Of a stretch of 64,000 bases of DNA, positions 38,836 through 51,880 are shown in pieces. A program made the position numbers and the translations under genes. Position 1 is the stretch's first letter. The number at the start of each line of letters is the position of its first letter. This DNA is from Pristiophorus japonicus (lineage: Eukaryota): positions 418,810,001 through 418,874,000 of the forward strand of contig NC_091977.1 in the NCBI RefSeq assembly GCF_044704955.1, read 5' to 3'. The notes under the pieces were generated by a model. The model was given only the letters and a program-made list of their open reading frames with translations, did no database searches and was not told where the DNA came from.

Positions 38836-40508
38836 TGTAAGATTAGGATCACAGGTCACACACAGTTACCTAAAGGGTCCTAGGAGTCATGAGACATTTT
38901 ATTAAGGAGCAGTAGTTCATATATAGTTAAACACACAATCAGGATAGACATAGTAGGCATATGACCATGATAAGAGGCTGGTATTAGTCCCGATTGGACA
39001 GACGGCTGGTGGCACAAACAGCTCTTCTCTGCACCGTATGCTCTGAAAAGCACTTTAGATGTCTCTTTTATTGTCTATTTAGGGGTGGGTCGGGGGTAAA
39101 ATGATGGACAGGATCATTTAACGTATAAAACACTCTTCCCAAACCAAGGTGCCCAATGGCTGGTTGAGTTAAACATAAGAACATAAGAATTAGGAGCAGG
39201 TGTAGGCCATTCAGACCCTCAAGTCTGCTCCACCATTCAATTAGATCACGGCTGATCTTCTACCTCAACTTCACTTTCCTGCTCTATTCTTATATCTCTT
39301 GATTCCCTTAATATCCAAAAATCTGTTGAGCTCTGTCTTGAATATACTCGAAGACTGAGCCTCCACAGCCCTCTGGGGCAGATAATTCATGAGATTCACC
39401 ACCCTCTGAGTGAAGAAGTTTCTCCTCATCTCAGTCCTAAATGACCGACCACTTATTCTGAGACTGTGACCCCTGGTTGTAGACTCCTTAGCCAGAGGAA
39501 ACATCTTCCCTGCATCGACCCTGTCAAGCCCTGTAAGAATGTTGTGTGTTTCAATGAGATCAGCTCTCATTCTTCTAAACTCTAGAGAATATAGGCCTAG
39601 TCTACTCAATTTCTCCTCATAGGACAAGTCCCCCATCCCAAGAATCAGACTGGTGAATTTTCGTTGCACTCCCTCAATTGCAAGTAAATCTCTCCTTAAG
39701 TAAGGAGATCAAAACTGTACACAATACTCCAGGTGTGGTCTCACCAAGGCCCTGTATAATTGCAGTAAACCGACTTTACTCTTATGCTCAAATTCTCTTG
39801 TAACAAAGGCCAACATACCATTTGCTTTCTTAATTGCTTGCTGTACCTGCATGTTCACTTTCAGTGATTCGTGTACAAGCACATTCAGGTCCCTCTGAAC
39901 ACCAACACTTCCCAATCTGTCACCATTTAAAAAATACTGTGCTTTTCTATTTTTCCGACTGAAGTGGATAACTTCACATTTCTCCACATTAAATTCCATT
40001 TGTCATATTCTTTCCCACTCACTTAACCTGTCTATATCCCCTTGAAGTCTCTTTGCATCCTCCTCACAACTTACATTCCCACTTAACTTTTTGTCATTAA
40101 CAATCTGGGATGTATTACATTTGGTCCCTTCATCCAAATCATTGATATCGATTGTGAATAGCTGGGGCCCAAGCACCGATCCTTGTGGCACCCTACTAGT
40201 TATAGCCTGCCAACCTGAAAATGACCTGTTTATTCCTACTCTCTGCATTCTGTCCATTAACCAATCCTCAATCCATGCTATTATATTACCCCAATCCCAT
40301 GAGCCCTAATTTTGTTCAATAACCTCTTGTGTGGCACCTTATCGAATGCCTTCTGAAAATCCAAATACACCACATCCACTGGTCCCTCCTTATCTATTCT
40401 GCTAGTTACAACCTCAAAACTCTAACAGATTTGTCAAATATGATTTCCCTTTCATAAATCCACGTTGACTCTGCCCAATCCTATTATTATTTTTTAAGTG
40501 CCTGTTAC

Positions 40509-43500
40509 CGTCATGTATGTAACCTCTATGTAACACCACTGCAATACTGTATATACTTAAGCAATGCACACTTTGACCACAGGGGGTGAACTTGTGGGAG
40601 ACATTCCTTACCTGGTCATCCAGGTATATAAAGGGAGGTCCCATGCATGGTCATCACTTCTTGGTCCTGTGAATAAAGGTTCAGGTCATAGAGTGAACTT
40701 GACCATAGAATGTGCCTCGTGTGGGTTTTGTGCCATTGAGCAAGGACATTACATTGGTGACGAGAAACGGGAATCAACGACCCACGAGAATGGCCACCAG
40801 TAGCAAAGAGGAACAGTACTGTGTTGGTGAGGACTGGGATGATTTCATTGAGAGGCTCCGCCAAAGCTTTGTCACGAAAGAATGGCTGGGAGATGCGGCG
40901 GCCGACAAGCAAAGGGCCCATCTGCTGACCAGCTGCACTTAAGACTTACGCGTTCATGAAGGACCAACTAGCACCGGTCAAAAGCCGGCGGTTAAAACCT
41001 TTGAAGAGCTCAGCAAACTAATCGATGAGCACCTCAAACCAATGAGCAGCATACACATGGCCCGACACAGATTCTATACCCGACGTCGTGAAGGACAGAG
41101 CATACCGGACTTCATTGCGGACCTCTGGCGTTTGGCCAGCCTCTGTAAGTTCACAGACGTCTGCAGGGGGGAGATGTTAAGGGACTTCTTTATTGAGGGC
41201 ATCGGTCATGCAGGGATTTTCCAAAAGTTAATTGAAACCAAGGACTTGACTTTGGAAGCGGCGGCGTTGATGGCTCAGACTTTCATGGCGGGGGAGGAGG
41301 AAACCAAAATAATATACGCGCACAACCCTGCCTCCAACGCGGCGGGGGATCAGGGAGTCAATATCATAAATGCGACTCAGAGCCCCGCAGGCAGGCAAGG
41401 GCAGTTCGCCACACCCCAGACAGCAATAGACCCCAGAGTGGATTTTCAACAGAGACAATGGCAGGCTGAATGGACATTTACGCCATCACAGTGGACAATG
41501 CGGTCCAGGATGGGGCCATTGACACCCACTAACAGGTTACTCAAGGGCAGTCAAAGGGACAATCAGCGAGGAATGCCGGGTCATAGCTCCTTTGTTCACA
41601 ACAATGGGAATCTCAGCTCATGCTGGAGGTGTGGAGGCAAACACTCTGACAGGACTTGCAGGTTTCAACAATTTGTCTGCAGAAAGTGCAACCTCAGTGG
41701 CCATTTAGCTCGAATGTGCAGGAAGCCTGTAAACAGGCTAATTCACAAGGCAGATGGACCAGAAGAGGGATCTGTGAGGCAGGATGACTCTTGGGGCAAA
41801 TCCACGGACGCTGAAGTTCAGCGGGTTCATGTGGCAAACATTCATAGCTCATGTACCAAAACGCCACCCATGATGATGAAGGTTTTATTAAACGGCATCC
41901 CTGTAGGCATGGAGCTGGACATGGGGGCCAGCCAGTCACTCATGAGCATTCAACAATTCGAAAAGCTAGGGCCACTCAAAGCCAGTAGACCCAAACTAGA
42001 ACGCATTGAAACACAACTACGGGTGTATACCAAGGAATTCATTCCAGTACTAGGCAGTGCAATGTTGGCGGTCACACACAATGGATCAGTGAACTGGCTG
42101 CCACTCTGGATTGTCCCAGGCAATGGTCCCGCATTGTTGGGGAGGAGCTGGTTAGCTGAGATGAACTGGAAATGGGGGAATGTGCATGCAATGTCATCTG
42201 TGGAGCGAAGTTCGTGCTCACAAGTCCGACAACAATTTGAGTCATTATTCCAACCTGGCGTTAGGACGTTCAAAGGTACCAAAGTAGTGATACGCATCAC
42301 CCCGGACGCCAGACCAGTGCACCACAAAGCCAGAGTGGTGCCGTATGTGATGCAGGAGAAAATTGAGAGCGAATTGGACCGTTTGCTGAGAGAGGGCATC
42401 ATCTCACCCGTTGAATTCAGCGACTGGGCAAGCCCCATCGTTCCCGTCCTAAAAGCGGATGGTTCTGTCAGGATCTGTGGCGACTACAAGACCACTATCA
42501 ATCGGGTGTCCCTACAAGACCAATACCCGCTCCCGAGAGCGGAGGATCTTTTCGCCACGCTGGCAGGCGGCAAGCTGTTTACCAAGTTGGATCTCGCTTC
42601 AGCCTACATGACCCAAGAACTGGCCGACGAATCTAAACTACTGACCACCATCACTACTCACAAGGGACTGTTCGTTTACAACAGGTGCCCGTTTGGCATT
42701 CGATCAGCGGCTGCGATTTTTCAAAGAAACATGGAAAGCCTGCTTAACTCCATTCCTGGAATGATTGTATTCCAGGACGACATCCTCATCATGGGTGGTG
42801 ACACTGAGGAACACCTCCACAACCTGGAGGAGGTGCTACGCCGACTGGATCGGGTAGGCCTGCGACTCAAGAAGTCTAAATGTGTGTTTTTGGCTCCTGA
42901 GGTTGAGTTCCTGGGCAGGAGGGTTGATGCAGACGGGATTCGGCCCACCGAACCAAAACAGGCAATTCGACAAGCGCCCAGGCCCAGCAACACATTGGAG
43001 TTGCGTTCATTCCTGGGACTCTTGAACTATTTCGGGAACTTTCTGCCGAACTTAAGCACATTGTTGGAGCCACTTCATGTGCTCCTGCATAAGGGTTGTG
43101 ATTGGTTTTGGGGTGACTGTCAAGAACGGGCTTTCAATCGGGAGCGGAACCTACTTTGTTCAAATAAGTTATTGACCCTGTCCGACCTGTAAGAAATTGG
43201 TTCTGACATGTGATGCATCGTCCTATGGGGTTAGGTGCGTGTTGCAGCAGAGTAATGCTGAGGGTCAACTCCAACCTGTGGCTTATGCTTCCAGGTCGCT
43301 CTCTCAAGCAGAAAGGGGATACAGGATGGTTGAGAGGGAGGCACGCGCATGTGTCTATGGTGTAAAGAAAATGCATCAGTACCTTTTTGGCGGAAGGTTT
43401 GAATTAGAAACGGACCACAAGCCGTTAACATCCCTATTGTCAGATAGCAAGGCGGTCAATGCCAATGTGTCAGCCCGCATACAGCGATGGGCTCTCATGC

Positions 43501-45267
43501 TGGCTGCTTATGACTACTCCATCCGGCACCAGCCTGGCACCGAAAATTGCGCTGACGTGCTCAGCAGGCTTCCACTGGCCACCACCGAGGGGGCAGCGGA
43601 ACAAAGCGCTGAGATGGTCATGGCCGTTGATGCCTTTGACAGAGCAGGCTCCCCCATCGCAGCCCGCCAGATCAAAATCTGGACCAACAGAGATCCCCTC
43701 CTATCTCTGATTAAGAAATGTGTCCTGACTGAGGATTGGGCGCCCGCACACGGAGCATGTCCTGAGGAGGTCAGACCGTTTCACAGGCGGATGGATGAGC
43801 TCTCCATCCAAGCTGACTGCCTACTATGGGGCAGTCGGGTAGTTATGCCCCAGAGGGGCAGGGAGGCATTCATCAGGGAACTCCACAGTGAGCATTCAGG
43901 CATCATGCTGATGAAGGCCATTGCCCGGTCACACGTTTGGTGGCCAGGAATTGATTCAAACCTGGAACACTGTGTTCGCAGGTGCACAATTTGTGCCCAG
44001 CTGGGTAATGCCCCCATGGAGGCCCCGCTCAGCCCGTGGCCCTGGCCCACCAGGCCATGGTCACATATTCATGTAGATTACGTGGGCCCGTTCATGGGAA
44101 AAATGTTTCTCATCGTGGTAGATGCGTACTCGAAATGGATCGCGTGCATCATTTTGAATTCGTGCATGACATCCACCACGGTGGAGAGTCTACGTGCGGT
44201 CTTTGCAACCCACGGCTTGCCGGACATCCTTGTTAGCGATAATGGCCCATGTTTCACGAGCTACGAATTCCGGGAGTTCATGTTGGGCAATGGCATCAAC
44301 CATGTCACGACAGCACCATTCAAGCCGGCCTCCAATGGCCAGGCAGAACATGAGGTCCAAATCATTAAACAAGGCATGCTCAGGATTCAAGGACCCTCCC
44401 TTCAATGCCGCCTATCGCGCCTCCTGCTGGCCTATAGGTCCCATCCGCACTTGCTCACGGGGGTCCTGCCCGCTGAGCTACTTATGAAACGAACACTCAA
44501 AACTCGGTTGTCCCTCATTCACCCAGTCCTGACTGACATAGTTGAGGGCAAGCGCCAGTCCCAAAACGAGTACCATGACTGGAATTCAAGGGGGAGATGT
44601 ATAGAAATAAATGACCCTGTATTTGTCCTCAATCACGGCATGGGGCCCAAATGACTTGAGAGTACTGTAATAGACAAAGAGGGGAACAGGGTCATCGTGG
44701 TTAAACTTAACAATGGGCAGATATGCCGTAAGCATCTGGACCAAGTAAAATAAAGGTTCAGCATGGACACTGAGGAACCTGAGGAAGAGCATGAGTTGGT
44801 GCTCACACCACCGCCAGTGAATGAGCAACAAGAACATTCAGCAGCATGCACAGTGCCGGCGTTCAGCCCGGACAGGCCGGAATCACCACAGGTGACAGAC
44901 ACTCACACCAAGGCTCAACAACCAGAGCTCCAACTGCGGCGCTCCACGAGGGAGCATAGACCACCCGAAAGACTTAACCTATGATCCCAATAAGACTTTG
45001 GGGGGGTGGGGGGGGGAGGTGATTTCATGTATGTAACCTCTATGTAACACCACTGCAATACTGTATATACTTAAGCAATGCACACCTTGACCACAGGGGG
45101 TGAACTTGTGGGAGACACGCCTTACCTGGTCATCCAGGTATATAAAGGGAGGTCCCATGCAGGGTGATCACTTCTCGGTCCTGTGAATAAAGGTTCAGGT
45201 CATAGAGTGACCTTGTCCATAGAATGTGCCTCGTGTGGGTTTTGTGCCATTGAGTAAGGACATTACA
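40509..45267 (+). mobile_element. Gypsy LTR retrotransposon no. 3, structurally complete
   Basis: 245-bp LTRs at 40509-40753 and 45023-45267 (about 11 differences by eye). TSD GTTAC at 40504-40508 and 45268-45272. PBS TGGTGACGAG at 40755 and a G-rich PPT at about 45000-45022. Confidence 0.96.
40790..44984 (+). pseudogene. Gypsy-3 gag-pol polyprotein with a few frameshifts and stops
   Basis: ORFs of 716 aa and 485 aa. Two CCHC knuckles, protease LDMGAS, RT FQDD, RNase H (CDAS, ETDHKPL), integrase HHCC and D-D-E (HVDY, SDNG, QAE). Confidence 0.92.
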
Positions 45268-46691
45268 GTTACCACATTCTTAATAATAGATTCTAGCATT
45301 TTCCCTACTATTGATGTCAGGCTAATTGGTCTGTATTTCCTTATTTTCTCTCTCCTTCCTTTCTTAAATAGCAAGGTTACGTTAATCTGCAGGTACCATT
45401 CTAGAATCTATGGAATTCTGGAAGATGACAACCAATGCAACCACTATCTCTATTCACTATTTCAAAACCCTAGGATGAAGGCCATCAGGCGCAGGTGATT
45501 TATCGGTTGCTAGTCCCATTAATTTCTCTAGTACTATCTTTTTACTAATACTAATTTCTTTCAATTCCTCATTCTCGCGAGACCCCTGATATCGATTATT
45601 TCTGGGAGGTTTTTCATGACTTCTTCCGTGAAGACAGACAGAAAGTATTTGTTTAATTTCTCTGTCATTTCCTTATTCCCAATGATAATTTCTCCTGTCT
45701 CAACCAGTAAGGGACCCACATTTACTTTTGCTAACCTTTTCTTTTTTACATACCGATTGAAGCTTTTACAGTCTGTTTTTATGTCTCTCGCTAATTTACT
45801 CTCATATTCTATTTTCCTATTCTTTATCAATTTCTTGGTCATCCTTTGCTAAATTCTAAAATCCTCCCAATCCACAAGCCTACTGCTCTTTTCGGCAACA
45901 TTATAAACCTTTTCCTTTGATCTAATACTATTTTTAACTTCTCGTTGATCACTTTTCTTGTGGTGTTTTTGTGCCTTAAAGGAATGTATGTTTGTTGTAA
46001 ATTATGTAATAATTCTTTATATGCTAGCCATTGCTTGTCCACCATCATACGTTTTAATGCAGTTTACCAATCTATCTTAGCCAACTCTCCCCTCATACCT
46101 ATGTAGTTTCCTTTGTTTAGATTTAATACTTTTGGATTTAACTCAATCACTTTCAAACAATGTAAAATTCTATCATATTATAGTCAATCTCCCAAGGTCC
46201 CCTTTACTACAAGGTTATTAATTGACCCTTTCTCATTGCACAATACTAGATCTAGAATAGCCTGTTCTCTAGTTGGTTCATCAACATACTGATATAGAAA
46301 ACCATCTTGTGTACATTCCATGAATTCGTCCTCCACACTATTGCTGCAAATTTGGTTTGCCCAGTCTATATGTAGATTGAAGTGATTATTGTATTACCTT
46401 TGTTACATGCACCTCTAATTTCTTGATTTATACTGTGCCCTACATTACCCCTACTGTTTGGGGGCCTATAAACAACTCCCACCAATGTTTTATGCCCCTT
46501 GCTGTTTCTTAGCTCCACCCAAACTGATTCTACTTCTTGATTTTCCGAGCTACGATCCTTGCTCTCTACTGTCTTTATCCCATCCTTTATTATCAGGGCT
46601 ACCTCTCCTCATTTTCCATTTTGCCTATCTCATTCTATCCTGGAATATTTAGTTCCCAACCTTGGTTACTTTGCAACCACTTCTCCATAAT

Positions 46692-47087
46692 GGGGCGAAG
46701 GAGCGACAAGAGTTTGTAGAAGGAAGTGACCGGGGCCCAGGAGAGGCGGGAGTCTGGGGCCCAGAAGAGCAGAGGGCCCAGGGGCAGCACGGGCCAGCCC
46801 ACACTGCTATATGTGTGCATGCTCCGTCCATGCAGCAGAGCTGGTCTCCAGTCGTCTTGGTTAATCCTTGTCACTGGACCAAGATTAGCTCTGTCAAGAC
46901 CGTGTGGTGGCTGATATGCAACGGCCACCACACTTTAAAAAAATCCAAGCACAAGCATCTTCCACCCTTCAAGATGTATTTGGGGATCTGGAATATTAAA
47001 TCCTTCATTGAAACACCTGTGAACTCATTCCTTTTTGGTGTGGAAGCAAGTCATCCTCGCTTTGAGGGACTGCCTATGATGATGATA
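46692..47087 (+). mobile_element. Short non-autonomous retroelement with RTE-type tail, inserted in CR1 no. 3
   Basis: Homologous to 25882-26336 and ends GAGGGACTGCCTATGATGATG. CR1 endonuclease sequence continues on both sides. Confidence 0.7.
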
Positions 47088-47940
47088 GATCAAACCTGTT
47101 AATTTCTATCTCCACTATGAATGAATCTATTGTGAATGCTTCGCACATTCAGATATAGTGCCTTTAGCTTTGGCTATTTTCTATTTTTCCCTAATGTCAC
47201 CTTAGTCAGTAATACCCTATTATCTTTGTTACTCTCTCTGTCCCTTCCTGACACACTGCTTATTTTTACCCAAAACTCTGCTCAAGAGCCTTGACATTTC
47301 TCTTGCTACTTTAAAATTTACTCTTTCCTGAATCCCTCCACACCCCTCCCCCTCCCCTGCACCCCCCTTAATTAGTTTAAACCCCTGTCTCCTGCCCTAG
47401 TTATTCAATTCGCCAGGAAACTGCTTCCAGCCTAGGTTCAAGTGGAGCCTGTCCCAACAGAACAGCTCTCTCTTTCCCCAGTACTGGTGCCAGTGCCCCA
47501 TGAAGCAAAACCCCTGCCTCCCACACCACTCCTTGAGCCACACATTTAACTTTCTAACCTGCTTATCCCTATACCAATTGGCACGTGGCTCAGGTAACAA
47601 TCCAGAGGTTATTACCTTTGAGGTTCTGCTTTTTAATTTGGACCCTAACTTCTTAAACTCTTTCAGCAGAACCTCATTCCTAGTTCTACCTATGTTGTTG
47701 GTTCCTACGTGGACCATGACAACTGGATCCTCTCCTTCACACTCCAAGTTCTTCTCCAGCCCAAGGAGATGTCTATAACCCTGGCATCGGGCAGGTAACA
47801 TAACCTTTGAAACTCCCAGTCACGGCTACACAGAACAGTATCTATCCCTCTGACTATACTGTCCCCTACCACAACTACAGTCCCTTTCATTCCCCTCACT
47901 TGAATGGTCAGCCTGTTCATCCATCCTGCAGGCTTTTCCC

Positions 47941-48316
47941 TCATCCATCATAGGAAGTCCCTCGAAATCGAGGAAGACTTGCTTCCACTCTAAAAGTGAG
48001 TTCTCAGGTGACTGTACAGTCTCTGTAACAGGTGGGACAGACAGACGTTGAAGGAAAGGGTGGGTGGGGAGCCTGGTTTGCCGCACGCTCCTTCCACTGC
48101 CTGTGCTTACTTTCTGCATGCTTTCGACGACGAGACTCGAGGTGCTCAGCGCCCTCCTGGATGTTCTTCCTCCACTTAGGGTGGTCTTTGGCCAGGGACT
48201 CTCAGGTGTCGGTGGGGATGTTGCACTTTTTCAAGGAGGCTTTGAGGGTGTCTTTGAAATATTTCCTCTGCCCACCTGGGGATCGCCTGCCATGTAGGAG
48301 TTTTGAGTAGAGCACT
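47941..48316 (-). mobile_element. RTE LINE 3' fragment inserted in CR1 ORF1
   Basis: QVLYSKLLHGRRSPGGQRKYFKDTLKASLKKCNIPTDT plus the RTE tail. Confidence 0.85.
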
Positions 48317-48997
48317 TGCTCACCTACACAGGCAGCAAAAATCTCAAACCTGTTGGATAAAGGCAAAGGCTGAGGCTCCTCCAGCACGGCACCTGGGGTC
48401 CCCTTACCTGCCTGAGTGCAGTCACACCCTCCTGTCCCTGACCACTAACCAGATCTGCACCACTATCTAACCTAAGGAGTGTGACTGCCTCCTGGATCAA
48501 AGTGTCCTGCTAACTCTCCCCCTCCCTGATGCCCCGCAATGTCTGCACCTCAGACTCCAGCTCAACATCTCTGAGCTGAAGTTCCTCACTTACTGCAAAC
48601 GTGATTGTCCGGGATCACAATGCTCTCCACAAACTTCCACATGCTGCAGTTGCGGCACACCAACTGCACTACCATTCCTATATAACCTTGTTCGCTTTAA
48701 TTAAATGTAATTAAATTTATATTTAAGTAACTTAGCTTATAGTTTAGCTGCAACTCGTTCCCGCCCTTCTCCGAATTCCCACTCTTTCCAAATTCCCAAA
48801 TAAACCATTCTTTAATTCCACACTTACAGCTGACTGACAGTTAACTGCCACTGGCAGGCAACTTCTGTTAACGACAGTTTTAAAGTTCTGGGTGTAAGTC
48901 AAAATGTTAAACTAAATTTCACTTTTTACAGCTTCTACATATGCAATACTTACCAGAAATTACCAATCTTTCCAAATTACCAAATAAACCACTCTTT

Positions 48998-49712
48998 GGA
49001 GCCAAAATTACCCTCCGCCCCAAACGGGGCTCACCTACCGTTTTGTGAATGTTCTGTCTGCCCCAATGCATGGCTGGAGAATCCGGCCGAATTAGGGACT
49101 TTATTTTTTTGCGGATGCGGTGCAGTGTTCCGGGCGGGTGCGGGGAGGAGGCGAGAGCAGGTCGGAGCGGCTGCCGCTTGGAGTCATCAGCGCTGCGCTG
49201 ACACGTCACAACATCCCTCCCCTTCAGTTAAAGGGGAGGGCCACCAGGGAGAGTTTCGGCGGGGCCAATGGCCCCATACCCAAGAGGGGGTGCCGGGCTG
49301 CATGTTGGCGACCTGAGCGAACTGGTGGCTACCTGGCAGTGGGCCGACAATTAAAATAAAATGGCAGCCGTAGCAGTGCACCTTCCCCTTTAACAGCAGA
49401 GACACCGCCCAGCCACAAGAAGCTTCCCAACGGGGAAAACTGTCGGGGGTACTGAGCGACGGCCGATCCGCTCTTACGGGGCAATTTCCCGCGGGGCAAT
49501 TTCTCATGCGGGGCGGAAAGAGGCGCGCTGCCGGTCGGTAATGTGTTGGCGCGTGCCCGACGGGGTGTGAAGACGTCCAGGGCAGTCCCGTATACCGCTT
49601 CAAAAATAATGGAGGGCAATTTTCAAAATGTTGGCCTCTCTGTGCTGACCGAGTGGTGAGTCCTTACCGACCCGTGGCTGCCTGCTCTTATAGAAAGGGG
49701 CAATTTCGGCCT
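48998..49712. mobile_element. GC-rich non-autonomous Harbinger-type element in the CR1 5' UTR
   Basis: Imperfect TIRs GGAGCCAAAATTACCC and GGGGCAATTTCGGCC, with internal GGGCAATTT repeats. It interrupts a repeated CR1 5' UTR motif (AAATAAACCACTCTTT-TAAATCCACTCT). Confidence 0.65.
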
Positions 49713-50379
49713 TAAATCCACTCTGTGCAGATCACAGAGTTTTTCGTCACAACTCTTAGGTGAAACCCTCCTCTTCACATGTCTTTCCTGCTTATACTTT
49801 CTGAAGGCCCATCTCTCCTGTCTTTATCCTCCCAAGGTTGGAGTCAAACATGCCATTGTTAGCCTTTGTAGTTTGTAGCTGCCTGTTATCAGTTATTTAT
49901 GTTCATGCTGCAAAATAGTTTTAGCTGTTGTACCATGCAATTAATCCTTCAATCCTAACACCAGTCTGAAGATTTTTTTTTGTTTCAAGTTATTTCTTAC
50001 AATTCATCGTTTCTTCCAATCCACAATTTTTTACAACACCCCACCTTGAGAAGGAAATATCCTTACTGACTTCTCACAATCGGCTTTTGACTAATCTAGC
50101 TAGTTCTAAGTTATCCCATTGATACCATTCGTGCCCAGGGATCCTGGCTGGCATTATAAGTTACTTCCCACCACTCGTGGTCCTCTATTCTACTCATTGC
50201 TTTCTCAACTTGGGCGTTAATTAGTAGGGAGACTCAGAAATGAAGATTTCCCCCTTTCTTACAATCCATTCCTTTGAGGGGGAGAAGCAACCTCTGACCC
50301 TTTTCTCAAATTTAATTCACTGTTTCGGTGTTCCAATTCTGCCCCACCTGGGGTATCCTCTGTTTCTTCTATCTGTCCT

Positions 50380-51880
50380 GATCTTATCCCACCAGGGGTC
50401 TCCTCTGTGTGTGCTGTTAGTCATAGACATAAGTACACAATTTGCTTATGCATCAAAGTCTTGCTACATGGCGTACATATATCAAATACACTATCAATTA
50501 CAAGTTGGAGAACTACCAGAGCATTTGAAATAATACGATCCTAAGGTTGTGCTGATATATTAAGCCCAATATCTCACCAATGTGAGTCGTTCCCTATGCT
50601 GTCAATTTCAATATCTACTCTCGAGTTGTCCTGTTCCAAAACAGATGTGATGTGAAGCAGAAATTGGGGCTATTAATGGCACAGGTCCTGTTAGATCTGT
50701 AAAGCATGATAGTTGCGATGGTAGTGACACAGCAGGCACAACCAAAAAAAGCACCTCATACTGGATTCGTACTGGCCTTTCCCATGCTCTGTTACTTACA
50801 AAACACAATTATTACATTCACAGTTAAATTCAGTCTTACAATCATTTCAAGTGACAGTACAGTTTAACATCTAATCAAAATGTCATGGACTTAGAGTTCT
50901 CCAAATGTCACTTCTACTCGTATCCATCTTGTGGATAATTCTTGCGCAATGTATTTTTTCCTAGCCTTCAATTGTCCCAATCCACATTCTATGTAATTCT
51001 CCACTTCAACTTCAATTTCAATCCCTCTAACAGGTACCACTGTGTTTAACTCAATCCTGATAGTATCATTAATTAGATAGTTACTCAATGGAGTATTTTT
51101 CAATGCTTTAAAAGTTGTTTCATTCTCCTGAGCCACATTGACAATTTCATGTCTTGCTGTTGTCAAGTAACTGAGCATTTCTGAGACCTATTCTTCAGTT
51201 CAAATTCACCATGCATCATACCGGTATCTCATGCCACACGTGCCATCCGATACAAGCCATTCTCAGGCTTTCAGATGATCTTATCAAAAGATTGTAGTCA
51301 TCTGGAGATCTTTGGTCATCTCCCACTGCATGGTCCTAATGTCTTGGGTAGTAGTGGCCAGGCTAGCAAATTCAGTTTTCTAACAAAGTTCATTATAGGG
51401 TGGGACACAAATGTCTCCAAGAGAAAACTGTCAATATATTATTCGTATCTACACTTTCCTGACTTTCACTAGAATGTTAGGAAAATTAAATTCTCCTTTT
51501 TCTATCTTACACCTCCAATCACTTTCTCTCTCCATTTTACATATCCCATAAATTACCATTCATATTTCCTTCATGATCACTGGAGGAACTTTACTGTCTG
51601 GTACAGCATTATAGATAGTAAACATCGATCAAACGTTCCCATTTGATCAAAGTTATTAACACATTTAAAATAATTATTTATAACCCATTATATTTGATCA
51701 ATTTATCTTGTCAATTCCAATTTCAGAAACAGGCTTGATTTCACTGTGGTCACGTTGTAAGTTGGGTATTTACAATTTACTAGTTAACCTCAATAATTCC
51801 CATTTAATTCAGACCAATTGCATCAGCGCAACTAAACACAATACAGAGCAGATAAAATCAAAGTACATAGTAAATTACAT
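50380..51880 (-). pseudogene. Decayed envelope-like glycoprotein gene of the tRNA-Leu LTR element
   Basis: Reading through stops gives a hydrophobic N-terminal stretch, a Cys-containing ectodomain with N-glycosylation sequons (NET, NDT, NDS, NIS), and a C-terminal SHW*DIGLNISAQP*DRIISNALVVLQLVI segment. It lies just upstream of the PPT. Confidence 0.5.

Larger units (their letters stand above)
39171..49736 (-). mobile_element. CR1 LINE no. 3, apparently full length, carrying four nested insertions
   Basis: Tail reads ACATAAGAACATAAGAA on + at 39173. ORF2 RT and APE fragments present. ORF1 has a zinc finger (MVVQLVCRNCSMW..HVCSK, about 48590-48675) and an SGNH esterase (VVVGDSIVRG, VHVGTNNI). 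Possible TSD GAGTT at 39166-39170 and 49737-49741. Confidence 0.88.

Noticed and set aside
45000-45020. G-run as a separate G-quadruplex element
   Set aside because: It coincides with the Gypsy-3 polypurine tract, and homopolymer length is unreliable in assemblies.
51400-51880. Assignment of the env-like remnant to foamy viruses
   Set aside because: The resemblance (a hydrophobic stretch then possible RIKW, and PPVIMKE) depends on repairing stop codons and is too short. The C-terminus points elsewhere, so it is left unassigned.
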